A program made the translations under genes and the position numbers. DNA of 64,000 bases from Octopus bimaculoides. Taxonomy: Eukaryota. The stretch is taken from the NCBI RefSeq assembly GCF_001194135.2, contig NC_068988.1:79061338-79125337 (forward strand), given 5' to 3'. The notes below the pieces were generated by a model, which made no database searches, had not been told where the DNA came from, and saw nothing but the letters and a program-made list of their open reading frames with translations. Position 1 is the stretch's first letter. Every line of letters starts with the position of its first letter. Positions 1 to 12,520 of this stretch are shown here, in pieces.

Positions 1-664
1 CCAACCCAATCAGTCGTAGGCAGGATTTTCACGTTTAGGAGCGTGGCTCCGCTGCCACATAGACCCTGGCGGATAGTATCCTCTATCCAATCATGTTTTA
101 TGCCGGGTGGCAGCCCACATACCCAAGCTCTAGTTAATTTCTTCCCAAAGTATGTGGGAAGAAACAGAATGTTTTGTCCTTGTAAGGGCTGTATCGGAAA
201 CTTACGTGCCACCTCAGGGGTGCCAAATAGCAACCACACCGTTCCGTACTTAACACCCCTGGCCATAAACTTAATAGTTGGCAGATATTCTGCCAAATCT
301 TTTTCAATTTCAACTTGGGGAAAGACCGTAATGGTGTCGAGTGACTTAGAGTACGTCCTCAATACCGTTATGGCGACTCGAACACGCCTATCAATGACGA
401 CAAACGAGGAACACAACATTTTTGCACGCCAAAGCGAGCAACAATTTAAAGTCGCGAAGAGTAGACGAAATTGCCCCAGAGCTAGGCAGAAATTTACTGA
501 AAAAAGAAAACACAAAATAAATTCCCACCCAGCTCGAAGTTCAAAAAACGCCTACCTTAACGACTTTCTGTTATTCTTTTTTCTTTCACTTGTCGGGGCT
601 AAAAGCTCATGTCTTTTCACTTTGGAAGCAACAAACCAGTTCACAACGCATGCGTCGTTCGGAG
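1..664 (-). mobile_element. 5' end (UTR + ORF1) of a Tx1-clade non-LTR retrotransposon, continuing beyond the left window edge
   Basis: Minus-strand translation IKFMARGVKYGTVWLLFGTPEVARKFPIQPLQGQNILFLPTYFGKK aligns by eye with ORF1 of the Tx1-like element at 52280-56330 (IRYVSRGARSATIEAQFDSADVAKVISTQMLKHNEIMLLSTYLGRR). Confidence 0.75.
3..419 (-). CDS. Tx1-like ORF1 protein, N-terminal 139 codons, no stop before the window edge (partial)
   Basis: ATG at 419-417; reads MLCSSFVVIDRRVRVAITVLRTYSKSLDTITVFPQ...AWVCGLPPGIKHDWIEDTIRQGLCGSGATLLNVKILPTTDWV without a stop; not in the supplied ORF track. Confidence 0.7.
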   Translation of the reverse strand, partial: MLCSSFVVIDRRVRVAITVLRTYSKSLDTITVFPQVEIEKDLAEYLPTIKFMARGVKYGTVWLLFGTPEVARKFPIQPLQGQNILFLPTYFGKKLTRAWVCGLPPGIKHDWIEDTIRQGLCGSGATLLNVKILPTTDWV

Positions 665-700
665 GCAAGCTGCTTACCACACAGCCACTCCTTCGCCTAT
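665..700 (-). mobile_element. Head fragment (A box) of tRNA-derived SINE family A
   Basis: gcaagctgcttaccacacagccactccttcgcctat matches the head of the full copy (aagcaagctacttaccacacagccactcctgcgc, ~46073-46104). Confidence 0.8.
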
Positions 701-1399
701 ATATATATATGCAGCATTTTTTTTAAAGTAAAATTGTTTCATATCTAATTCACAGGTTTTGTTTCATTATTTCTCGTGTCCTTTTAATATTTCTCTTATC
801 TATTGAGTATTTTTGCATAATAACCATGTAGAGCGTTTGTCATGAGACTTCTGCTGTTATAATGAGAAAGTAATATAGGCAATACTTGTTGAGTCTGCTA
901 TGATACTGAGATAGTAACTTATATGATATGTGATTCGCTGATTGTTTCAGGTGCCTATGTAGTCGCAAGTAGATATATACACAATCTCGACTCTCCTACG
1001 CTTCAACCCAGAGACACATCCACAATGTGACAGCTGGAGGGAGAGAGGGGTTGTATCATCAAATTGAATATTCTGATCTCTCTTAATAATTAAAACTACG
1101 TACTTATGTCTCAATCTGTAGACTAAGATCCTGGTTATCTAAATATAGCTGATTATTGTATTCTCCTTGGTCATAAAAACTCTTATTAACTGATCTGAAT
1201 TTTTTCAATGTCTTTGTCAAATGAATAAACGCCATTACAAAAAGTAATGGAGAGAGAGAGAGAGAGCAAGTCTCCTCTGGATTTTTACATTACCTCCCGA
1301 TTAACGTCGAGACTTAAAAAAGAAACTGCTGATCACGTGCGGGCTGAGGATCTTAAGGTGCTCCAAACGCCAGTAGGCTGGTATGTGCTTTCTCGTAGC

Positions 1400-2560
1400 C
1401 AGTCTAATCATTATCTAAGTTCTTTTTTATCCGAACTTTAGTTAGTTTCATTCTAGCGATATACAATGAACCTGCCTTTCCCTTCATTTGTTTTGTTGCA
1501 TCCATTCTTCTCTTCTCATTACAGTTTTTTCCTTCCCCACAAAAAAGCTATACAATTCGTCTACTTTGATACCAGTCAGCAATTTCTAAAGCCTTGGTAC
1601 GCGTGTGACATGCCTATAATGACTGCCTTGCCCGCTCTTTTTCCTTCAATCTTAACACTGTTCTTCCTTTTGTTATCTATGCTGGAGTTAATTTTTTATA
1701 TTATCAGTATATAATGGTGTATATAAACGGCTGCATGCAAGTTATGCATTCTTGTTATATGTTTAAGTCAGAACCTCTTAACAACATTGGTTCTAGAAGC
1801 TTCTACTTTAGAATATTCTTGAGCACAATTTTTTACTTTGTCCTTTACTTTGACTTTCACTTTCACCTCCTTCCTGTTACACTCTCGTAACTTTTCTGCT
1901 TCAGTGCTGTGTTCAACCTTTCAATTCCAGATATCTAACCAAAAATTCCTTACTGATTCAGTGTTTAAATGGTTATTCTCCTGATGTTCATTTTCCTTTT
2001 TCAATCGTTGGTAAAATTGCCTTTCATTGTTTCTGAAAAGCTTGTCTTACTTGGTATCTCGTATTTTACCCTACTATCCTGTCTATGTCTGATGCTTTGT
2101 CTGCATATATTTTGGAGGTCTTTGTTCCTTTTTTCTGCCCGACTTTTGACTTTAAGGATTTCTACAGCGAGAGAAGCTGCATTGTATAAGATATCACTTA
2201 TGTCTGTTATATTCTAAACTTTGATTTTCGCTAAAAATTTATGCAATCGTTTTATTGTTTTTCATAGCTTTTCAATTTCGAACTGTTAATCTCGTTCTAT
2301 CCAAATTTCTTGTTTTATTTAAACGTTGAAGCTCCTTTTTTTTTTAAACGTTGAATCTCTTTTCTTCATTTGTAAAATGCTTTCTTTCCATGAACTAAAG
2401 CATATTTTCAGCCACACAACGGCTTCTATTCTTGGATGATTCAGTGATCTTTCATCAATTTCTTGTTCAGTTTTCTCTCTTATATAGCCATATTCTTCAT
2501 CTACCACTGTTTTGGCCAGCTTCATCTACCACTCTTCCAGCTTCAACAATGAAACTTTTA
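1400..2560 (-). mobile_element. Decayed R4/Dong-type LINE, pre-RT region
   Basis: Minus-strand KLFRNNERQFYQRL and RNFWLDIWN resemble QNKQFNSNPKRFYRELGK / FWENIW of the copy near 39700-39800; many stops and frameshifts. Confidence 0.6.
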
Positions 2561-3431
2561 TGTGAAAATTCAAACTGCTATAAATAGCAGCCTAAGTTTC
2601 TTCCAATCGCACCCACTTACTTAACTAAAAAGAACAATATAATTCCTGAAGGATAATTATACTGCGACGCTTTTAATCATGGGTATTCTCCAGAAGGTCT
2701 TACCACAACAACACAATGGATGTGAGTTATTTTTGCATTTGTGAGTTCTACAATTTGATTTCTTAAACAGACCTTGATGCACGCATTTCTAGCATAAAAT
2801 AATGAACGACTCTGGAGATTCTAATGTTTTATTTTTCAAAAGTTCATACGTTTATTACGTGTGATATTTACTATATCAAGTAATAGGAAACTTTGCGAGA
2901 GGGAGCTGGTCAACCATTTTAAACAGAGAGAAAGTATAACGATTTAAGGAAATTGTATCATAGGAAGTGAGGACTGTTCTCTAGAAACTTAACCACTGTT
3001 GTTGAACCTTAAAGTACATATTTTGAATTGCTCTCTAAAGACACTTTTTAAACTTTGATTCAAAATGTCAAAGTCAGTGAAAGTCTTTGTTTACAGATTT
3101 TGTGTACTTGTGTACTTTAAGTGTAGCATTATTTATAAAGAGAAGAAAGGAAAGTGTTTTCTGAGCTCGATCATAATTCAAACATATTCATAGTTGTAGT
3201 AATGAAAGCCAATATCCGAATCTCTACAAGAACACTCGACCAGCAAGAAAGAGCACCAACTCTCTCTTAAATCATATTATTTCCACTTCAATGAAATGGA
3301 AAGACATATCGAATAATGTAGTCCTAAAGAGAGTAACAAAAATAATAAAGCATCGTTTAATAACGTCTTTCATCATATATTCATTCAATCAGGACTAACT
3401 TGAGGTTAAACAATAACAACAATAGCAACGG

Positions 3432-3481
<50 letters not shown>
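3432..3481. repeat. (ACT)n microsatellite
   Basis: Direct inspection. Confidence 0.95.
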
Positions 3482-3483
<2 letters not shown>

Positions 3484-4129
3484 AACGAAGTTATATAAAT
3501 CTACTGAAAATGGTTAATCATATTGTTATAATAAAGGAAGTTCATTTCCATTCCAGCCTTGCTGCTTCTACTCTAATGGAGAATATATATGAAATATTAT
3601 AAAACTTTCTAATACATTGATTATTCAAGGTCCATCAATTTTCCGATAAAGTTGATTTGACACATCTATGTATTCATGAATTTACAATAATTTCTTTTTT
3701 ATAGTGTCCTGATTAACCATAAATTGCTGATATTATGGAATTTTCACGTGTTCAAAATTTATTTGCCTTCGATTTACATAAAAGAAATAAAAGGTTATCT
3801 GTCAACAGGAGTCCAAAACAATTTTGGAAATATTCATGAACCTATACATAATAGAAGACATTCATTCCATGTCGATGAGCTCTCTTATAAATTGACGCCA
3901 GTCGACTTAGAAAATTAAACTCGTTTCTGTATAATTATCAAATTTTCTTGAAATCATTATTAATCCCTTATTAACCGTCGAACTCTATACCTCTCTTGGC
4001 TTTCGACTACCGCATGCTTAATATGATAATTAAAAAGTAGACTGCCACACAACATTCTTGTCCTCGTTGATAATGTAATTTTCTCAGTGAATTGAAGCAT
4101 ATCAGATGTGTATAGCTATCCTTTATCAT

Positions 4130-4715
4130 ACTACACGGTATGTCAAGGTACTTATTCTACCAAACTGTACAGATGCGCATTAAACAGTACTTTACTGTAC
4201 TGAAGTTATAAACTGTAGAACTATAATATACAACACAGTAGTTTACTGTGTTGTATTGCGTTGTAGTCTACCGTACTGCATTTCTTAACTGCACCAAACT
4301 ATAGTCAGATATACAGTCCTTTATTGTACTGTATTCTATAGCACGGTAGTACAATACTATAATGTACTACTATTGTAAGGGTTATATGCCAACTGTATTA
4401 TACTGTATTATATTGCCACTATATTCTAGCATTGACCTTCTCCAGACTACTTTATATTACAGTATTACTGTACCATTGTGTACTGAATTTTAATCAACAA
4501 TCCGCACTACGGTCATCCATATGAATCTCATATGATATGGTAATGTCAATGTTATCACAGATGGCATCTTACTACAGATGACAGGTTACCACATACGGCA
4601 TGTTACTACATTGGCATGTTACCACAGTGGCAAATTACTACAGATAGCATGACATATTACCCCGATAACCTGTAACCGCAGAGGAAATGTAACCACAGAT
4701 GACATGTTGCTCTAA
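4130..4715. repeat. Cryptic TACTG-rich simple sequence (about 4130-4480) followed by a degenerate 17-18 bp minisatellite (about 4555-4715, unit near ATGGCATGTTACTACAG)
   Basis: Recurring tactg/actgta words, then units such as ggcatcttactacagat, ggcatgttactacatt, ggcatgttaccacagt, ggcaaattactacagat. Confidence 0.7.
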
Positions 4716-4747
4716 TGACATGGCATTATTGAGCTTATATTCTTTTA

Positions 4748-5053
4748 TTCTTTTATTCTTTTTCTTGTTTCAGTCACGACTGCAACCATGCTGGAGCACC
4801 GCCTTTAGTCTAAGATATTGAACCCAGGACGTAAACACACCAACATCGGTTGTCAAGTGACGGCGGTGACAAACGCACACACACAAATATACATATATAT
4901 ACATATACATATGCGATGGGCTTCTTTCAGTTTCCTTCTTCCAAATCCGCTCACAAGGCTTTGGTCGGCCCATGGTGCCACTCAGTGGGAGGGAACCCGG
5001 AACTATGTGGTTGTGAAGTAAGCTTCTTACCACACAGCCACGCCTGCGCCTAT
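4748..5053 (-). mobile_element. SINE family A, internally deleted copy
   Basis: Colinear with 45656-46106 except for two deletions. Confidence 0.9.
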
Positions 5054-5303
5054 TATATGCTGATATATGTCAAGTGGATGAGTGATTGCTGGGATTTGAA
5101 CCGTAAACGTAAATGATGTAGAGAAATATACCGACACTTTATCAATTCAAATGGAGATAACACATGCACGTGCACGCGCACATCGCGTATATATGTCTAC
5201 TATCAGTATAAAGTACCTCAATCAGTACATATCCCGCCGTTATTCTTAAATGTGCATTAAAATAATAACGACAGCTTAACATTTACATGTATGTATGCAT
5301 GTT

Positions 5304-5334
<31 letters not shown>

Positions 5335-6429
5335 GTATATATATATGTGTGTGTGTGTGTGTGCGTGTGTGTGTGCGCGCGCGTAATTTATATAGACATT
5401 TTCCCTGAAATTAAATTATATATCTAACGTAAACCCCTATATAATTGTATTACTAGTATATTTTTATGAGAACAGTTCAAATTATTTCCATTACAACTTA
5501 TAAAATAGAATGAAGAGACTACTGAGAAAAATTAAGTATATTGACTACTGTGTAAGAGAGTACATGCGCATGTATTTGTGTATGTCTACATAGTTGTGTT
5601 TAAGTTCAGGATTACTAAGAATTCCACTTAATATATTTTAATGTCATTCCGTAAAGTAGAATGGAAAATAACAACAATAAGGACACCAATAACAATATCT
5701 ATAATCTGACATAAATGGAAGAGACTTTTTAAGATATTTTCAATTCATAGGATCAGCCTCTAAAAGCATGAACTAGGAAGTTTTAGACAAGAACTAGAGA
5801 TTAACGCGCTCATTTAGAATTTACAAACGTGTGTTAGTTCACATCTATTTCCCTCGCGGGAAGTTTTCAATGGTTTCAGATTTTTATAACATACAAATTA
5901 GTATTGCACTAAATCAAACAGTAAAATCCTTTTTGTCTGCAGATTTCTAGCTTAAAATGAAGTTATTAAATACCAATGTTCGCATTTTCAGTTGATCTAA
6001 CAGATTATTTGTTTTTTGCCATCATTGTATTGCAAATATTTTAAAAGTGACCAGGTCTAGTTCATTCATTTTATATCTCAGTGTCTAATTAAGTAGCATG
6101 AATGGGAAAATTAATACAGTGACCTGTTTAGAACCATTGTACGTCCCTTGTGTTACTTTAACTGTGCCAACTCTGCTAAAAACATTCAAGCCACGTCACC
6201 AGTCTTCAGATAATATCCTCCCTTCCTTTCAACTATCTCGGATGCTATAAAACTGGGGATCATTGGCACTGCTGTTCTGGGACTAGGTCATAAGTTGAAA
6301 AAGCAAAAAATAGATATATTATGATTACCAGTGACATCTGCTTCTCTTTAGTTTCTTTCTTTTATATAAAATTTTCTGTTATATTCTCAATAAAGCGCAT
6401 GTTTCTGCTATCACAACACTGTTCTTTAG

Positions 6430-7330
6430 TGTGTCTTTATTCTACTCGTAATTATGTTGCTACGGAGTGACAAGTTATTCATGCTAAATTACTGGCAACC
6501 GTTAGATTATATAGTTTTCCTTTGCATCCAATGACTTTAGAACCATGGAGAATGGTAAGGTACTAACAATAAACAAAAGGGGTGACACAGAGTATCCTTG
6601 AAAGATTCCTCTCTTGATGTCGACTTGTCCAATTTCCTTTCCACCTACTGTCAATAACGTCTTCATCATACTGTTTGTTAGTAAATCATATTTATAGTTG
6701 CCTCAAATATCGCCAGTCCTTTTAGAATCCACGAGTGAGGAACCATATTATATGCCTTCTTATAGTCATTCCAAGCCATTGATAGATCCATCGGCCATCT
6801 TCGACAGTTTCTCAAAATTGCCTTTAGCATCAGCAACTGATTCTCGTAATCCATTCCTGCAGCCTTTCTTTTCCTCTACTAGCAGTTCAGTTCTTTCAAA
6901 TGGTCATGCATCTTCTTTCCCAGTATTCCAGTTAGAAGATTCTGCATCACAGGTAAACAAGCAAGTCGGACGACGATAGTTACTGGTCACACCACCATTA
7001 GCTGGGTCCTTCTGAATCAACATAGTTCCTCCATTGACTATCCATTCTGGTACAATTCCGTGGGCGTTTGATCTTAACTTATTGGAAGTGTTATCATGTA
7101 CATGTTTTGTCTTGGTATAAAAGATGGGCTACAGTAAATATCCTGCTCAATATCACAGATTTGCTTATCAGTTACTTGATCTAAACAATTTTAATAGCTG
7201 ATGATATGTGCATCTCTGATCGCGAGTAGAATTAGGTGGCGGGGACATCATAGCTGTGTGTTGAGAGAAATTCTTCAGGATTTGAATAATTCATACCTGG
7301 AAACATGGAAAATTGTCTCCGGAAACTGAG
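6430..7330 (-). mobile_element. Decayed R4/Dong-type LINE reverse transcriptase fragment
   Basis: Minus-strand VPEWIVNGGTMLIQKDPANGGVTSNYRP, LSMAWNDYKKAYNMVPHSWI and RGIFQGYSVSPLLF, split by frameshifts. Confidence 0.85.
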
Positions 7331-7339
7331 TGTTCATCA

Positions 7340-7574
7340 TCCAGAAAAAAAAAATTGAGCCCGATGGGATACTCGACCTGAAGAAAACAAACTTGGCTCC
7401 ACCTGCAAGGTCATGCATTGTTTATTTTGACATGAGATCATCATGTCGTGCACATATGATTGTGATGCGTGTGCCTGATGTACCCTTATCAGACGGGTAG
7501 TCATGATGGATATATTGGACTTCGTATATTTGTACCCCAGCGTCACTTTGATGGCATGCGCTACTTTCTGACTC

Positions 7575-7575
<1 letters not shown>
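7340..7575 (+). mobile_element. Probable LINE 3' UTR ending in an (AAT)n tail
   Basis: Non-coding segment ending ctttctgactc directly followed by aataataat; family assignment from memory only. Confidence 0.45.
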
Positions 7576-7699
<124 letters not shown>

Positions 7700-8591
7700 A
7701 ATAAAATTTGGACAGAAGAAAAAATCACACAACGAAAAGGCCCCTTGAATTGATAGAATATCTACAGACTTAGATTCCTTAGAAAAGCAAAAGCGAGAGG
7801 GTATCAAGGTAGAAGATGTATGGTCTGCTCTCAGGAAGTCAAGCAAATGGAAGTCTCTAGGAAAGGATAAAATTCCTAACTTTTGGTTGAATGCCTTCAC
7901 AGAGAGTCATGAACTGTTAACAAAACTTTACAACAATGTTTTGCAACCACCTAGTATGATTCTCTCTTGACTAGTTAATGGTGTAACATTCCTTCTTCCA
8001 AAAGATGAAGAAACAAATGAGCCGAAAAATTATCGAGTCATAACCTGCTTAACAACAATGTATAAAACGCTAACATCTGTCTTGATTGAATATACCTACA
8101 TTTTTTTAAAATAGAAAGTGGCATATTCTCCAACGAGCAAAAAGGATGTAAACGTGGATCTTATGGTTGTAAAGATCAGCTACTCATCAATAAGATGATC
8201 TTAGAAGATTGTCACAAGCGACACAAAAGTTGTCGATAGCCTGGACAGACTATAAAAAAAGCTTTTGATAGTCTACCACATAGCTGGATTAAGAAATGTC
8301 TGGAAATGTATGAAATAGCACCTACTCTGCGAAACTTCTTGTCTCTAAGTTTAAGATCATGAAGAACCACACTGACTTTGAACAGTGACAATACATCTTT
8401 TAATGCTGCAGATGTAAGAATTTCATGTGCCATTTTCCAAGGTGACTTTCTATCACCACTCCTCTTTTGTCTAGCCTTCATAGCTCACTCGAAATTACTC
8501 GATGATGTACAATAGGGCTATAAAATGTTTGATAAAAATATAAATCATCTCATTTACATGGATGATTTAAAATGACCAACAACTACAGGGC

Positions 8592-8750
8592 TATACAGTT
8601 CTATATTTAAGAGATGAGGAATTATGTACATTATTTACATTATTTACAATTGACGGATATTTGTCCTCATCTTGATTGTTGTTAACACAACGTTTCGGCT
8701 GATATACCCTCCAGCCTTCATCAGGTGTCTTGGGGAAATTTCGAACCTGG
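8592..8750 (-). mobile_element. Penelope-like element terminal fragment inserted in the Dong RT
   Basis: Non-LINE sequence between LINE codons NDQQLQG and MQFGLDK; carries a CTGATGA...GAAAC hammerhead core, typical of Penelope-like pseudo-LTRs. Confidence 0.7.
8684..8729 (-). ncRNA. Minimal type I hammerhead ribozyme motif
   Basis: Minus strand GACAC-CUGAUGA-A-GGCUG(GAGGGUAUAU)CAGCC-GAAA-CGU-U-GUGUU: stem I GACAC/GUGUU, 5-bp stem II, palindromic ACGU stem III, GUU cleavage triplet. Confidence 0.75.
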
Positions 8751-11700
8751 ATGCAATTTGGCCTCGATAAAAGTGCAAAAGCTACCTTTATCAAAGGAAA
8801 AATGATAGAAAAATCCAGTGTTAATCTTGACCAGCAGAATGTCATAAAGGAGTTTAAACCAGCGGAGAGCTACAAATACCTAGGGGTATTTGAAGGGGAC
8901 GGATTCACTCATTCAGTGATGAGGGAAAGGATCGGAAGAGAATGTTATCATAGGGTGAGAGCAATACTCAAGACAGAGTTGAATTCAAGAAACAGGATCG
9001 AAGCGATCAATACTTTAGCCATACCAGTCACGACTTAGTTTCAATATCATTAACTGGTCAATTACTGAAGTATGTAATCTTGACATTCGTATTGAATTGA
9101 AATCACATCATAAAAGGGATGCATCTATTTTCCTGAAATCAATCAACCTATCATTCCATACATAGCCTTTATTGAATTAATTATTTCCTGCATTGGCACA
9201 AAGCGAAGTATTTTGCAGGAAGAATAGAAGTATATCACCGAAATTTATTTGAGTCACTGAGAAAATGAAGGAAGAATCACGATGGCTGAACAGGTTCTCC
9301 CAAACTGGTCTGTTTGATATATTTTGTTGTCCAATTCGAACAGCTTTAAGGTGATATTTCGACAGAGGGGATTCAGGACAATTGACAGACTAAGGAGGAG
9401 GGATTTCGAAAAGGTGTTAGTGTGGTTCTGAGAAAGCGTGAAATCCATAGGAAATGAGATGAAAGAAGATAATGGACAAGAGTGGTAGTAAGTTGAGAAA
9501 GTCCTGTCACATTTCAAAATAGAAAAGAAACAAATGTTTCTTTGATTTTAATTGATATATTTAATCAAGATGATAATTCCTCTCATCTATCTCATCTATC
9601 TGGCAAATTGTTAATCTCTCATGCAAAAAGTTCTTCGGGTTTCAAAGAACTTTTCTAAATTAATAAACTGTGTTTCCAATTAATGGTAATATTCGCTGCA
9701 TCAACTGTCTCGTTTTGGTTTAATGTGTTAACCGTTGTCGTTTGCGTTATATATATTTACAGAGAACCCACTTTTCATCACTCGTGATGATTCTGTGAAA
9801 ATTTCGGTAGCAAGTCTGCTCTTCAATGACGAGCAGAGAGTAACTCTTTGATAAAGTTGCGAAACAGATAATAACGGATACGCTTTTTCTAGTTATTTTT
9901 TTTTTTATAACCTAAGTATGGCTTGAATTGAACTGTTTTGCTAACTCTTGTGCAGTTTACCTTATATTTTCCTTAACTACGAATTTCGGAAAGCCAATAT
10001 AACAAAAACAGTCGTCCAGTTCGCGGGAAATCTGTGAGAGAAAAACTTCCTGAACGAACTGGCCAAACTATCGCTGGCACATGGGGACAGTTAAAGCTTG
10101 TTTTCCGTAAGCAAAACGATTATTTCTTGCCGCTTCCATTGCTTAAAATCTCCTTTTGAATTTCATACAGCCTGCAGTGTCTGATATGGTCCTGAACATA
10201 ACACATTTTAAACGGGGAAAATGGATGCGAATTAAAATATTATGGAATAAATTAATATGTAAAGAACATAAAAACTCACGCATATCTTCGGCAGGTAATG
10301 AAAATGTATTCTTAAAATGATTGTGTCGGTAATGCGGAAGGACTTTATGGGAGCCAATTTGAACTTTACATCAAATTAAATGTTTGAGTTTGATCCATTT
10401 ACTAATTTCCAATCTCGTGTATACATCACAAGATCACTATCCCAGTCTGTGTTGTTAGTTTTATCTGATACATTCAGCCACTGTTGCAATTATTTCATAA
10501 CTTATTGCCACTGATCCCTATGAGTTTTCACTGCCTTATATATGTATTTACGCGCGTGTATCTGTGTGTCTGTGTGTTCGTGTGTATGTGTGTGTTCGTG
10601 TGTATGTGTGTGTGCGTGCGCTTGTATGTCTCTGTGTGTGTATTATTTGGTTTTCAAAAGAAAACAGAAAAAAAGTTATGAGAAATTAAGCTATTTTCTG
10701 ATATCGCTTGTCCCATGCTATTTGTTGTGTGCATGAAAACACCATGTAATTATATTTTACACGGAAATAATATCGCGAATTACTTATTTATCGATGTGTC
10801 TTGAACCCAAAACATTGCATCAGTAAAAGTTATACGATAGTTTCCACAAAGGACGCCTGTACAATCTATGTGAATATTTCAGCGATGAAAAATGCTTATG
10901 AAGTTGCATGAAGCACTGCATTTTTGTCTTATTTTTAATTACGAATAATGGTGTCTCGATAATTCGTATAACCATGAATTTTGTTCTTAGAAATAGTTAA
11001 CTTTGAATAGAGTCATTTCATTTCTTTTGAAAACTTTTATGATGCAACTCAAATCGTTGTTAATTATTTCTTACAACTAAATTAACATATGTATAAGAGT
11101 AATGTAATCTAAATGCGATATTTTCGCTGAAGGAAAATAAAGAATTGACTAATGAAAATGATTTGAAAATAGAGAATAAAATGTTAGGGAGATGTAAAAG
11201 GTAAGTGGGAAGAAAATGCCTTAAGAACGACACTGGCGAAGTTTTGCATCACTACCGCAACAGCGAATGTAAAAAAAGGCGCTCTATAATTGTTCAGTTA
11301 CAGTTAGTTTAAGCCTAATAAATCTTTGCAGTGCATTCTCCATTTGCTGTCAATGGTGGCGTCTTGCTGTGCATCCAGGCCAAGATGAATTGCTAGATAA
11401 CTTCTTTCACGAGACAGAACTGTCTCCTTTGTATATCGTTTCTTTAGTCAGCAGTTTAGTACAAACTTTTATTCCTTCGTTTTCTTTTATACGTTGCTTT
11501 ATACTCTTAAATTCTGAATATGAACACTTGCTTTCTTTCCCTTTCTTGTTGCATGTTCTTAAAGTAGGGTTTCACATTTTTGTTCTGCTCACTAGCAAGC
11601 TGTTTCATCCAAACAACCATCTTATGGTGGTTACAAACATCGGCTACATTCAGTAATCACTAGGATAAAAGAATCAATCGGAAAACTTCTATGGGTGTTC

Positions 11701-12327
11701 GAACAGCTAGGCACCAGCAGACAATTTTTTTCTCACAGAACACTTTGGATGAAGTAACCTGGATGCACCATTAGGCCTCAAAGTATGTCGTATAGTTACA
11801 GCTAGAATGTCTTTAATCATAAATTTGTAGCGATCAAGGCTGGCCTAAGTCTAAACAACAGCTCGAATAAGATAGTGAATTTCAGTTCTGTTGATCTTCC
11901 AGCAAGTTATTCAGTGAAGCTTACATAGCTGAATATTATTCGTCAATTTTTGAAATGAGAAACAGTAGAGCACTGAAATAGTTACTCTGTTTCTAGTAGA
12001 ACATTCTACAACCTTTAGCATCACATCCCGTACCTACTACAGCCTCTCTACAAACCTACAGTTTCTCTCGTTTCTCTCCTTCGACAACTTTTCACAATGC
12101 AGCCAATCAAAAATGATTCAATGAATAATCATTCTAATCACAAATAGAATGGGATAAATACAATAGAAAGGAAAAGTAAGGTATTTTTCATATTTATAAC
12201 TGGAATTTCAAAAGAGAAAGAAAGCATGGTTGTGAAAGGATTGGTGAGAGCACAATATAAACATTTCTTTCTAGGTCCCTTCATTGTGACATAATCTGAG
12301 AGAGAAAGATACGCAGTGACTGATAGA

Positions 12328-12379
<52 letters not shown>

Positions 12380-12399
12380 TAAAATCAAACAAAAATGGA

Positions 12400-12520
12400 G
12401 CAGGGAACCGGCTCCAAGTTCGACTACTATCTATTTACCCGGAAGAGATGAAACACTAAATAGACCTCAGCGGGATATGAACTCAGAGCGTAGTGAGCTG
12501 GAACAAATGCTACAATGATG
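12400..12520 (-). mobile_element. Old SINE family B fragment
   Basis: tagacctcagcgggatatgaactcagagcg is the reverse complement of the ttctgagttcaaattccgccgaggtc motif of the younger copies. Confidence 0.55.

Noticed and set aside
43-726. 227-aa plus-strand ORF
   Set aside because: Antisense to the Tx1 ORF1, which has homology support on the minus strand; no recognisable motif.
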